The position numbers were made by a program, and so were the translations under genes. The notes beneath the pieces were generated by a model. It worked only from the letters and a program-made list of their open reading frames with translations, was not told where the DNA came from and did no database searches. Positions 50,541-63,277 of a stretch of 64,000 nucleotides of DNA are shown in pieces. Position 1 is the first letter of the stretch. Each line of letters starts with the position of its first letter. The DNA comes from Mytilus californianus (lineage: Eukaryota), in NCBI RefSeq assembly GCF_021869535.1, contig NW_026262582.1, forward strand, positions 40,362,001 to 40,426,000, given 5' to 3'.

Positions 50541-51720
50541 TTTCAATGTGAAGGTCTTTTCATGAAAACAAGAATACAAAGGATTTACTAATTAAGGGTA
50601 GGTCTGAACAATTTTTTAAAGATATTTAACAGTTAATGAAATGAAAGAGACATGAGTTGTACCACAAACAGACCTCGTCTGGAATAAAATGTCTAATCCT
50701 GGCAATAAATAATTAATATGATGTACGTTGGGGATATGAATGTGTCCCCTGGGTACAAATCCTATGGTGAATTAGAAATGGCTTATCAAGGCAATGGATG
50801 GGGATATAAACCATTTTAGAGATACAATGTAATTAACGATTCATGATATAAGGGGGATATGACCTCAAGGGGTCCTCCGGTACAGCCAAAATGAATTGAC
50901 ATGGCCTGTAAAAATATATATGGTTTTTGAGTTGGACATATACAACTCAATTATTTTACCTTGTAAGTCAAGGGTAAAGGTCATAATGATATTAGACTGA
51001 TATGGTATCTTAAAGTTATACACTTTATGCTAAATATCATAAGTCAATGTAAAAAAATAAGTGTCGGCTAGGATAAGTGTATATGAGAATAGAATCCAAA
51101 AGAAGATGAAGAAGATTCAAGAATACTTAAGTTAAACATAATGTCTCCATTCATTTCTTCTTGGAAGCCAGGGAAACATGATAAAGAAAAGTGAGAACTG
51201 AGTACTGAATAATCTGCCGTTTCTTTCATGATGAAATGAAATATGGAATTTTTTTTTATCTGTAAATATGATGTGGATACTGGCGATGTCGAAAATGGTT
51301 TCTCTTTCCTGTCGTGTTGAATGGTTCGTAACTATCATGTAAAGCTCATAGATCTATTTTGCATTTTGTATTTTTTAGTTATGTTTTTGTGTTTTTTATA
51401 TTTTGTTCATAAAAAAAAACAATTATATTTGGACAGGCAAGTTACTGATAAAAGTATATAATTGCAGAGGTCAATTATTTCGGTATGTGCGTATGTTTAA
51501 GCAATAATTTATATAATAAGAATAATATTTACTATACGCATTCTTCATTTAAAGTCATTGTACAATTAAATAGATAGAATAAATTAATTAAAACTATACA
51601 AAATCTTGTCAAAACTGACTGCACATTTAATGTTTAATCAAATGGCACAATTTTAAAAGTTGTAATAGTACGACATTTGGTTATCTCAACTTTTTATTAT
51701 CAATAATAACACTACATATA

Positions 51721-52320
51721 AAGATAAGGAGATGTGGTATGATTGCCAATGAGACAACTGTCCACCCAAGTTCAAATGAAGTGGATGTAAGCAATTATAG
51801 GCAACCGTATGGCCTTTAACAATGAGAAAAACCCATACCAAATAGTCGGCTATAAAAGACCCCGACATAAAAAATGTGAAACAATTCAATTGAGAAAATT
51901 GACTGCCTAATTTATAACAAAACAATTTACAAAAAACAAGTATGACAGACATGAATCAACGAAAACCACTGAACTACAGGCTCCTGACTTGGGACAGGCA
52001 CATAAAGAATGTGGCGGGGTTAAACATGTTTGTGAGCACTCAACCCTCCCCATAACCTGGGACAGTGGTGTTACAGCACAACATAAGAACTGAATATAAA
52101 CAATAAAAATCAGTTGAAAATGCCTTGACTCATCAGATCTATACAAAGTAGAAAACATCCAACAAAAACACAGCCTGGACGTGGCAGGGTATTTATACAT
52201 CCCTAACAACAACAAAAAAAAAAAAACACAAAGTACAGATCTGAGAGTACTTGCAGTTGTATGTCTCATTAGAAGCCATACTTTTGATTGTATGACAACA
52301 ATCGAGAGACATTCCAAAAT
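51721..52320 (+). mobile_element. Long family A repeat
   Basis: Head GATGTGGTATGATTGCCAATGAGACAACT through core and 3' GATCTGAGAGTACTTGCAGTT. Confidence 0.85.
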
Positions 52321-52479
52321 CAGATGTTATTTCCAACAACAAAAAATGCAACCTGTATGACAGCAAGTACTTCCCCCTGACAATGTTTCAAGAACGCATA
52401 GGAAAACAAACGAAAAATTTGATAAAACTCGTAATTTCGTGGTTGTAGCATTAAAATGTAATAATGCTTTGAATGCTTC

Positions 52480-52781
52480 GATGACCTATAGTTGTTAATT
52501 TCTGTGTCATTAAGTCTCTTGGCAATCATAATACATATTCTTATATATTTATAGCGATGTCGTTATTACGACATAGCTATGTCGTAATTTCGACATAACA
52601 TGTCGTTATAACGACATCGCTATGTCGTAATTTCGACATAACATGTCGTTATTACGACATCACTATGTCGTAATAACGACATAGCTATGTCGTAATAACG
52701 ACATCGCTATAAATATATAAGAATATGTATTATGATTGCCAAGAGACTTAATGACACAGAAATTAACAACTATAGGTCATC
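52480..52781. repeat. 302-bp fold-back palindrome with ~100-bp perfect arms
   Basis: GATGACCTATAGTTG...ATAGCTATGTCGT is the exact reverse complement of ACGACATAGCTAT...CAACTATAGGTCATC; the centre is self-complementary CGACAT/ATGTCG repeats. Confidence 0.92.
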
Positions 52782-54800
52782 ATAATGCCCTCAATAATGA
52801 GAAAAGCCCCCGCATAGTCAGCTATAAAAGAGGGACGAAAGATACCAGAGGGAGAGTCCCCGACATGACAGCTGTTTAATAATTTAATTCAAACGAGGGA
52901 AAATAACGGTTTTAATAATGTACAAACAAAGAATATGTAACACAGCAACAAATGACAACCACTGAATTACAGACTCCTGACCGCTATGTGATAATAACGG
53001 CAACCTTATAGTTTAACTTTTCACTTTTTGATGCGATAGGCATTTCAAAATGGTTGTCAGTAAAGGCAAAGTTTGTAGCGGAAACAAATTCATCTTTTTT
53101 TTATAGAATAATGAACACTATATGCAATCCAGCTTAATTAAGCTACTTGGAGCCTCTAATTATGTTTGGCATGTACAGATTTGTGTAAATTATGAAGTCC
53201 TGCATTTCCATTGCAGGTTCTGAATAAGATGAATTTAAGCTTTTCCCAATAAAGACTATGTTAAACTTTGGACTCATAGTGCTTAGACCCACGGATCTCT
53301 GTACCTTCATTTGTACACACTTGAATCTTAATGTACAGTAACTACTGAGGCTTGATGCAAATTATTACTGCATTGCTGAGGTTAGAAACCATTTATTTTC
53401 AGTTTTCTCTCCAATTTTGATGTTTTTTCGTCTTAATTGGGGCCTACAGAGGTTATCAAGGCTTTGGGATACGCTGGTTTATTCAAAAACGCAACTCTCA
53501 ACAAGAAACCAAATGACACAGAAACTAACAATTATAGGTCACCGTACGGCCTTCAACAATGATCACAGCCCATACCGCATAGTCAGCTATAAAAGGCCCC
53601 GAAATGACAAATGTAATACAATTCAAACGAGAAAAACTAGCGGCCTATTTTATGTACAAAAATAAACGAAAAACAAATATGTAAATTAAAGACTTGGGAC
53701 AGACACATACATTAAGAATCTGGCGGGGTTAAACATGTTAGCGGGATCCCAACCCTCCCTCTAAGTTTGTAGGAATAGTTATCCTGGGGAACAGTGGTTA
53801 AAAGAACTTGGGGTACAAAGTTTTAATAGGGCTTCAATGGGGAGGACGCTTGAAGAATCTCATTAAGAACCAACAATAGCAATGCAGTTATAATTTGCAT
53901 CAAGCCTCAGTAGTACATTAAGATTCAAGTGTGTACAAATGAAGGTACAGAGATCCGTGGGTCTGAGCACTATGAGTCCAAAGTTTAACATAGTCTTTAA
54001 TGGGAAAAGCTTAAAATTCATCTTATTCAGAACCTGCAATGCCAAACATAATTAGAGGCTCCAGGGAGCTTGAATTGCTCCCCTATTCAACTGGGTCTCA
54101 TTTTACTTGATTATAAATAAAGTTCTAGTATGTGCAAGTCTGAGGTTCTAGTGAATAACTTTAATTGAGCTTGATTGCATAAAGTGTTCAATATTCTCAA
54201 AAAAAAAAAGATGAATTTGTTTACGATACAAACTTTGCCTTTACTGGCGACCATTTTGAAATTCCTATCGCTTCAAAAAGTGAAAAGTTAAACTATAAGG
54301 TTGTCGTTATTATCACATAGCGGTCAGGAGTCTGTAATTCAGTGGTTGTCATTTGTTGCTGTGTAACATATTCGTTTTTCGGTCTTTGTTTGTACATTAT
54401 TAAAACCGTTATTTTCACTCGTTTGAATTAAATTGTTAAACAGCTGTCATTTCGGGGACTCTCCCTCTGGTATCTTTCGTCCCTCTTTTATAGCTGACTA
54501 TGCGGGGGCTTTTCTCATATATTGAGGGCATTATGATGACCTATAGTTGTTTATTTCTGTGTCATTTAGTCTCTTGGCAATCATAATACATATTCTTTTA
54601 TATATATAGCGATGTCGTTATTACGACTTGTTATGTCGAAATTACGACATAGCGATGTCGTTATAACGACATGTTATGTCGAAATTACGACATAGCGATG
54701 TCGTTATAACGACATGTTATGTCGAAATTACGACATAGTGATGTCGTTATTACGAAATAGTGATGTCGTTATTACGACATGTTATGTCGTAATTATGACA
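52565..54800. repeat. Large inverted duplication: arms ~52565-53377 and 53878-~54800, 500-bp spacer
   Basis: The arms are colinear reverse complements over 0.8-0.9 kb with two large indels. A family A copy (53490-53763) lies in the spacer. Confidence 0.92.
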
Positions 54801-55328
54801 TAAAAAAAAATTTTTGAATGGCCCTTTTCGGCTTCCGTATTTTAACACCCCAATTACAAAAAGAAGTATTTAATTCCTAAGAAGAACGTACAGCTAAGAA
54901 TAAAAGTGATGATATGTATAGTATTATTTTCCAAGGTTGAAATATAAAACATTTATAAACACATTTGCCTGTTGTAGTTAATTTGCGAATATTAAATATT
55001 CATCTTTTAAAACACCAAGCACATTTTGTTGCACAGTCGCTTGGTTAGTCATTTTTCCACCCAGCGCAAAACTCATGAGACAAACAAACACCGCCTGTTT
55101 ATGACAAATCATCAGTTCAATAAATACAAACAACACCATGACCAAGAAGTTACTCAAGATACATCATAGTGTTGGATAGTTTTGTTTGATCTTTAATAGT
55201 TCAATTCAATTCAATTCAAATATCTATTGCCATATAAACTTTAAACAATAAGTTTGTGACAAATACAAAATAATTAGACAATATAACTGATCTTTAGTAC
55301 TGTTACACTTACATAATTGTATAATTAA

Positions 55329-55645
55329 AGGGGATCGTAATGGGGGTGCCTTCACGACGAATAACGGTAAAAAATCTTGCCAAATGACGTAAACGGTATT
55401 TTTTGGTGAATGACGATAAAATGTACATTTTCTTTATGACGATAAAAAAAATCGACTGATTTTGACGAATCACGTTAAATTCTTTCCAAAAATAACGGTA
55501 ACGGTAATTATTTGAGACCTCTGACGAATCACGATAAGGAAACTTTGACGAACCACGATAAAATTTAAACCGATTTGACGCTAACGGTAGCCGAAAATTA
55601 CCGTTTGACGACTCACGGTAAAGGGCATTCCTCCATGTACCCTCA
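55329..55645. mobile_element. CpG-rich MITE with reiterated GACGAATCACG/GACGAATAACG motifs
   Basis: TTAA on both sides, imperfect TIRs (GGGGGTGCC / GGCATTCCTCC) and many subterminal motif copies. Confidence 0.65.
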
Positions 55646-56476
55646 TTAAATTGTCACATGGTGTCTTCTTATGTCGTATACAATACAATGTATGTTATTC
55701 TTCACAGAGTGTTATTTATTTTGCCATCCGTAATGATTGCCTAAAGTGTTAACTTGGCACGCCATACTTGATAGAAATGCGGACGTGAAAAAAAAAACAC
55801 TTTCCACAAAAGTGTCAACGGAGATTACATTCAACGGAGGTTACATTTCGACGATTTCGTCATTTATAAACAAAATATACGTGACGTGTTTCTGAAAGGA
55901 AAAGTTGTACTAAAATTTAATATTGACACCATTATCCGGCGATCTGTTGGGTATATAATTTATATTCAAAATGTCTTTTTGTTTAGAATACAACATTTCA
56001 CGGAGGTTACATTCTTAACAAATCTCTGTAGTTTTTACTTTACAAAAGACGTATTTATGCCTAGACAGATATGCCAATCCGCGATTAACGTCTGTGTCAC
56101 AGTGTTCTAAATATTGAAATTTAGTCAAATAAGAACTGTTTGAGTATGAATCAATTATTAAATAACTTTGGTTTCATCTCGAGGGTTTCATTTATATTCC
56201 CTAAATTCTTCTCAGAGAAGTTTGTCACAGTTCCTTTCGATTTTGTGTCAAAACTTCACGGTCTGCTAAAATCTCACTTTAAATTCATGCGAGTATCCTG
56301 TGTTCCTTTTTCGTAGATGTAAAATTTAAGTTTTAAAGAAACTATCCATTATAGCACGAAGAAAAATCTGTCGTCGGATCCAGTGAATACCGGAAATCAT
56401 CTCCGCAGTTCTTTTAATTATTTTGATGATTCAATGAAAACTACGACGAGTTTTTTCAACGTTTTTTTAATCTTTA

Positions 56477-56583
56477 ACTATGAGCGTACCTACGGCCCAT
56501 TAAGATATTTGAACTGCATCAACATTTATATTCAAGGATTATTAGGTATAAATATGATCGTGGGCCGTAGGTACGCTCATAGT
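56477..56583. repeat. Perfect 23-bp inverted repeat, 61-bp loop (mini-MITE?)
   Basis: ACTATGAGCGTACCTACGGCCCA / TGGGCCGTAGGTACGCTCATAGT. Confidence 0.85.
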
Positions 56584-57413
56584 ATAAAATGGAGAAAAGC
56601 GTTTGGAAACCTGTCATTTTTTCTACATTGTACCCTTTTCGCGAATCTTGAGGTGTTTACAGCAACAAAACATGAATTAAATCAGCCGAAGTTAACAAAT
56701 CTGTTGATGTTGACAAAAATATAGGTTTCAAACTTTAAAAATATAGTATATTATAATTTATGGCACGTCACTTTTAATTTGATTGAAAACTGGGGGGCTG
56801 TTCTCTGATACTTATCGTACCTTGTCCTTTCTTTTCAAATTCTAGTTTTACAAGAGCTTTCGGTTTGCTTTAGTTTTGTCAAGTTATGTTTCACATTTTC
56901 GAGATCTGAACTGATTTTACTTCTTCAGATTATGGAAATCATGTTTGAATTTTTCATTCAGTGCAAAATGTAACCTTAACGAACTTTCATTGGTATATTT
57001 GTACTTCAAATAACATACTGAAGAATAAACTTGAAAAACTAAAATGTTGCATATTAGATGCAATATACGAACGATAGAAAGTATAAGGGTACTTTCATAA
57101 AAACAAGGATATAAATTTAAAGAGGTTAGATATTTTTCAGAAGGAAGTCATGAATCAAATAACGTGTTACCATTTTGTAAATACTGTTACTTCAGAATTA
57201 AACGCGTTAATCTAGCACCTGTTATTTATCGTTCGTTATAGTCAATATACAGTGTTTACATGGCTTTTGAAACTTCAGATAGATCATTCAATGTCTGATA
57301 GCCCAATATTGGATTTCCATTTCAAGTCGTAATAGTGTCTTATTAGTACGGCTAATAACCAAACAAATTAAGTTATTAGTATTATATCTAGGAGTACGTA
57401 CTGACCGATATAG

Positions 57414-57690
57414 GAGGGTCTGGATGAGGTTTACAGTATAGTGAATAATGGGCAAAAATGTCAAAATAGAGGGCCAAAAAATAAAGAATATAGAAAAATG
57501 GACAGTACATAAATGCTCAAGGCCGTAGTTTGACCTATAATTGTTTACTTTTTACACATTGTGACTTGGATGGATAGTTGTCTCATTAGCACTCATACCA
57601 CATCTTCTTATTTATATGTATGCAGAATAGTGAAAAATTACCTAAATAATTTGATAACACAAAAAATGAAGGACCTCCATCCAAACCCTC
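57414..57690 (+). mobile_element. MITE family C with a nested family A2 fragment (~57514-57612)
   Basis: Family C termini flank a reverse A2 head (GTTGTCTCATTAGCACTCATACCACATCTTCTT). Confidence 0.75.
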
Positions 57691-60340
57691 ATTTTATGAT
57701 AGAAACGCGATACTATTGATCAACCAATAAATACCAATTTAAAATTTTGTAAAAACATACAAATGTAATTTGAAATGTAAAATTAAGTTGAAACCTCAGT
57801 TTCTTAATAATTTTATAATTTATCAACGTAGAAATTACGAAAAAGTTACAAATCATGTCAGTACCGAAGCATAACTACTGAGGTGATAACACCATCGGGG
57901 GCTACAATTAACAGTCCACCAGCAGTGGTATCGACCCAGTGCTACTTCATATTGATGAAAATATAACTTTATAAGTTGTTTCCGACGCGATTTTCTGTAT
58001 TTATCTTCATCAGGAACTCTCAAAACTCAAACATTAAATTGCATATAGATCAATCACGTGTGAATTTAATGTTCCGATCGGCCTTCCAACCGGACGCAGA
58101 TTCGTTATACCACATCCCGCAAGTCAAACGGACGCAATTCGTTTAATAGAAAATAAAAGGATATGGAGTAAATGTACATGGGACAAAATCGCAAAGAATA
58201 CAAAGACAAATTTAAAAAATATCAATGAACAGGGCTTTTATTCCTGTTTTTCATCTTGCCAGTTGATGTAGAGTCTTCAACAATGAACGAATCATTTATA
58301 CCCTACAACAAGGTCAAGACGGCACCTAGCATCGACTTAAGCGGTACTATTGATAAAAATAAACCACAGTTCACCTTCTTGCTTAAAGCATGAGTTTTAA
58401 TTTTTAAAAGGAAATGCATCACGTTAATAATAGATTATTTATTTATATGTACATGTAATTAAGAGTTCGTTATAATATAAAATATGTAATAAATCTTCCA
58501 TCTATCAAGTCCAAAATGTTCTGATTGAAGCCATTACTATCTCTAATCCAAATATTCTTTTTATTTAATTAAATAATTTTAACATGTAAAAACAATCTGC
58601 AACAAATTAAGTATATATAAGAGATTTGATTGGATAATTTAACGAGATCTATACACTTACAATTAAACTTCTGTTTGAAAAAAATATCACGCTTAACAAA
58701 GCAATGTGAGTCACAAAATGGGAAATTAGTTTTTAAAAAAGTCACTTGAAGTTAAAAAAATCTCTTTTTTAAATTCAATTCAATGTGTATTTTTCGGTTA
58801 AAATAAACAGATCTTGTTCAAGTGAATTCGAAAGTTGTTCAAAATAATTATTTTACATTGAAAAGGATGAAAGACACCATTTATTTACATTAAACTTTAA
58901 AAGAACTTCTGACTAAATATTTAGAATATCTTTTCTATTGGGTTTTTATAAAACGACAAACAATTTGATAATTATTTCAATAGGAGGGATGGTAATAGGC
59001 TCCAATTAGTACCTAAAATCTTTGTCTGTCTAATCGCTCAAATTGAGAGCTCTTGACCTTAGTTCAACTTGGTAAAAAAACGCCGAGAAGATTTTGCAAA
59101 TGATCAAATTTCCTGTCTCATTGATGATACATTATAATAGTTCATACTAAGCAAATCTACTTGGGCATGTTCAAAAGTGTACAAACTAAATACAAAATAC
59201 CGTTTCATGAGGTACCGTACAGTTTGGTCACTTATATTTCTATCGTGCAGTTATTCTTATTTCCATGAACAAAAAAATTAACCCATTTGAAGAAATTTTC
59301 AAAATTTTATTATAATGAAGAAAACACTTTATTTATTTCGTGCGTCCTAAGCTCTTTTTTGGGTTTACCTTCAGGAAGAACGCTCACTACCAAACATTTG
59401 AAAGCCAAGGATATATAAGACCTTAACACATGAAGAGCTAAATGACCAAAAATAACCAACAAAATCTATAATCAGCTTTCACTACGGAGAACGTATAAGC
59501 AGACATTTTGACTTGGACCAGGTCACCCATAGGCCCTTCGAAGAGTTGTGGCAAAGGTTCTTTAATTCACAGAGGTCATAACACTCTCCATTCATATGAA
59601 GCATCGGATTTAACATCCCCATTCTTATTGGACGTGTTTGCGTACTATTTTTACATCTCGCACAACCAAACAGATGTCCTTATTTAACATGTGGTAACAG
59701 TCGAATGTGAGATGTCCATGTCGTCAATGTTTTTATTCCTAAGTCGACCAGTGAGTTCATAAAAGTGTTAAATACCATCGCTTATTTTGTGCTCTTTTTA
59801 CGGCAACGTGATACGTGTCTTTCGGTACACTGCTGATTAGATGAACAACAATATTTAATGACAATGTCCTTAGCTTGACAAATACAACGCAAAGTAAAGT
59901 AGCTTTCAGTAACTGCTATTACTTCTATGTCTGTTTTTAGTTTTGTGGGTGCTTTGTACAGTCAAATATATATCTGATGAATCAAGCCATTTCCAACTGA
60001 TGCTTACTGTTTGTTCTCATATTGTCCGATTACACCACTGTACCAGATAGTGGGTTGGGGGAAGAGGCTTTCAATTCCAGTAGATCCTTGGAGTCATAAA
60101 GTACTTAATATGATAGCCTTTTGTGCTCTCTGCGATATTAAGACAAGTTCATTTGTATCTTGTACATTTGTTTAAATGTTTCATTTGATGACAATATCTT
60201 TATTTTGGCAAAGTTGTCTCAGTAATGGTGGAAGTTTTAGAATGTTTCACAATGACGCTGTGGCAAGAGTTTTCAGTTCTCTTCTATGGTTAACCTCCAT
60301 TAATCCATGGGAGTTTTACACGATGGGTGGCATATGTGGA

Positions 60341-60631
60341 GGGGGGGGGGGGGGGGGGGGGGGGGGCGCTAGGATGAAAAATTTTGTCCTGCCTTTTTAT
60401 TTTTCCCTCTATTCGGTCCTTCCTTTTTATTTTTCACTCTATTCGGTCCTGCCTTTTTTTTTTAGTTTATCCTGACTTTTTTATTTAACTAAATTGTCAT
60501 CCTGCCTTTTTTTTTTTGCAAAAAATCTCATCCTGCCTTTTTTTTTACTCAAAACCCCTGTCCTACCTATTTTTTTCAAATTTCATCCTAGCCCCCCCCC
60601 CCCTCCCCATAAAAATCAAATGGTAGCTCCC
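60341..60631. mobile_element. MITE family H, second copy (left end reduced to a 26-G run)
   Basis: Internal inverted CTAGGATGAAA/TTTCATCCTAG motifs. Right terminus TGGTAGCTCCC then TTA. Confidence 0.7.
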
Positions 60632-61411
60632 TTAGACTGTCGATGCATCTTTTCTCGCTCCTTGTGGAGTGCATGCGATTCTCTTAGTTTTTGTTTGGTA
60701 ACTTGATTTTTCTCTTCCTAATCAATTTACTAGATTTGAACATCGGTAAACTACTGTTGCCTTAATAAAGCTAATAACATTATATAATAACAATAATAAT
60801 AGACGGCAACTTCAGCGACACTCCCCCATTAATCATATTTCATTTCAAAAATAAGAAGATACGAACATGGCAATGAAATCACACATAAGTCAAAAGAGAA
60901 TAAAGCGCCATGGCGGGATTTTTACAACGCTTAATTGATTAACACTTTCGGTGGCAGTCAACCAAAACTTCAGGGTGACTGAAATTCTACCAATATCATC
61001 TGTTTGCAAAAGTGTAGTCGTAAAAAGCATGTACTAATAGTGTATGTTACATCTTACATACTGTAGACAGAAATGTACACTGTCGTAAAAGGCAACGATT
61101 TTACGATAGCTAAGACCTATGTTTGTGTATAGATAACTAAATATTTGCCAGACAAACAATGCGATTAGTTGACAAATATCTGAGGACATCCCATTTAAAA
61201 GTAGAATCATCAGCATAACAATTGTTTGATGTTTATCAAAAGTTTACAGTTACGTCTAATTCCTTCACCAAATTTATATACAAGTACTGGTTTCTCCAAT
61301 TTTATACCCATCTTACGTGTTTTATACTAATAAATAGTTTCGGCTAGGATGATATTATCATAGTCGAGGATTAAATAAGAAACTAAATTGAACTTCAAAT
61401 TTTGTCGTAAT

Positions 61412-61673
61412 GGTGCCCTTTATAGCTGACTATGCAGTATGGGTATAGCTCATTGTTGAAGGCCGTATGGCGACCTTTTGTTGCTTACATCCACTTCATT
61501 TCGTCTCCTTGGCAATCATACCACATCCCTCCTTTTTTATGAATAGGGATTTTTTATATTCTATTCTTATCATAGATATAAGAAAATATGGTATGAGTGC
61601 CAATGAGACAACTCTCCATCCAAGTCACAATTTGTAAAAGTAAACCTTTATAGGTCAAAGTACGGCCTTCAAC
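61412..61673. mobile_element. Two divergent family A heads (61412-61535 minus, 61575-61673 plus)
   Basis: CCCTTTATAGCTGACTATGC...GGCAATCATACCACATC, then AGATATAAGAAAATATGGTATGAGTGCC...GGCCTTCAACAC. Confidence 0.75.
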
Positions 61674-62017
61674 ACATACTCATTTGAAGTAATCGTGTTT
61701 TCAAACTACTTTTATCCCCTTTTCGGACTATCCCTGTCAGTATTGTCCTGTTGATTATCGACAATTGCATGCTTTTTATAAGACAATCGAATCGGCACCC
61801 TTCTGGTCCCTAGCCAAACGATATTGCATGACTCAGAAAAAATAAATAAATGTGTACCTTCTTGGAAGAATTTGACAAGACGCATGTTTGCTTGGACGTT
61901 TGAAATCGGGAATTGTATCTTTATTTGAAATTTCATGTAGTTTGCTATTCCCACAGACAGGTTGGCATTTTGAGGGTTGGCTATTTTAAAGGCTACTGTG
62001 ATGTATTGTATATATAT

Positions 62018-62445
62018 AAAAAAGAAGATGTGGTATGATTGCCAATGAGACAACTCTCCACAAGAGACCAAATGACACGGAAATTAACAACTATAATAGG
62101 TCACCGTACGGCCTCCAACAATGAGCAAAGCCCATACCGCACAGTCAGCTATAAAAGACCCCGAAATGACAATGTAAAACAATTCAAACCAGAAAACTAA
62201 CGGCCTAATTTATGTACAAAAAATGACCGAAAAACAAATATGTAACACATAAACAAACGACAACCACTGAATTACAGGCTCCTGACTTGGGAAATGCACA
62301 TGCATACAGAATGTGGCGGGGTTAAACATGTTAGCGGGATCCCAACCCTCCCCCTAACCTGGGACAGTGGTGTAACAGTACAACATAAGAACGAACTATA
62401 AAAATCAGTTGAAAGAGGCTTAACTCATCAGATGGATAAAAATAT
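62018..62445 (+). mobile_element. Family A repeat, well-preserved copy
   Basis: AAAAAGAAGATGTGGTATGATTGCCAATGAGACAACTCTCCACAAGAGACC...GGCTTAACTCATCAGATGG. Confidence 0.9.
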
Positions 62446-62970
62446 AACTTATTTGGCTATCCAAACTTTTAGTTCTGAACGTTTCTGAGATCAATCCAGA
62501 AATTGGACATAAAACGCAACAAAATTAAAATTATAATATAAAACGTTTAAAGATATCACTTAATATTTGTTATCGGATATCATTACCGCTGGTAATCGGT
62601 ATACTTGCATTTTCCTGTACATTTCCGATCCTACAATGCTTAATTATGTTATCAGGTCACAGTAAGAGTCGATTGTTTAATGACGTCATTTATTCTGATT
62701 GACCAAGGGTCATATTACCTGACCGACGTAACCCATTCATAGAAATGAACTCGAAATTGGTATCATAACTGTAGTATTTTTTTCCACTCCTCAATATGGG
62801 CTTTAAAGAGGTTCTATTCGACACAACTTTCTAACAAATATTCTATCGATTCCTATTTAATGTTGAAATCTGCTCATCGATTACGAAAGAACAAGAGTAG
62901 CAAATAAAATAATGATTATTGTACTTTCAATCTTATTTTTAAACGCAATGTATATTATAAGAACATGAGG

Positions 62971-63277
62971 ACATCACCTGCTGTACACCAAGTTTTACCC
63001 TCTTGTCCATATAAAAAAAGATAAATATCAAACATCACCTGCTGTACACCAAGTTTTACCCTCTCATCCATATAAAAAAAAGATAAATAACAAACATCAC
63101 CTGCTGTACACCAAGTTTTACCCTCTCATCCATATAAAACAAGATAAATAACAAACATCACCTGCTGTACACCAAATTTTACCCTCTCATCCATATAAAA
63201 CAAGATAACTAACAAACATCACCTGCTGTACACCAAGTTTTACCCTCTCATCCATATAAAACAAGATAAATAACAAA
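62971..63277. repeat. 61-bp tandem repeat, 5 units
   Basis: ACATCACCTGCTGTACACCAAGTTTTACCCTCTCATCCATATAAAA.AAGATAAATAACAA starting at 62971, 63032, 63094, 63155 and 63216. Confidence 0.95.

Noticed and set aside
59520-59920. Cys-rich minus-strand frame
   Set aside because: Two internal stops and no recognisable cysteine spacing pattern.
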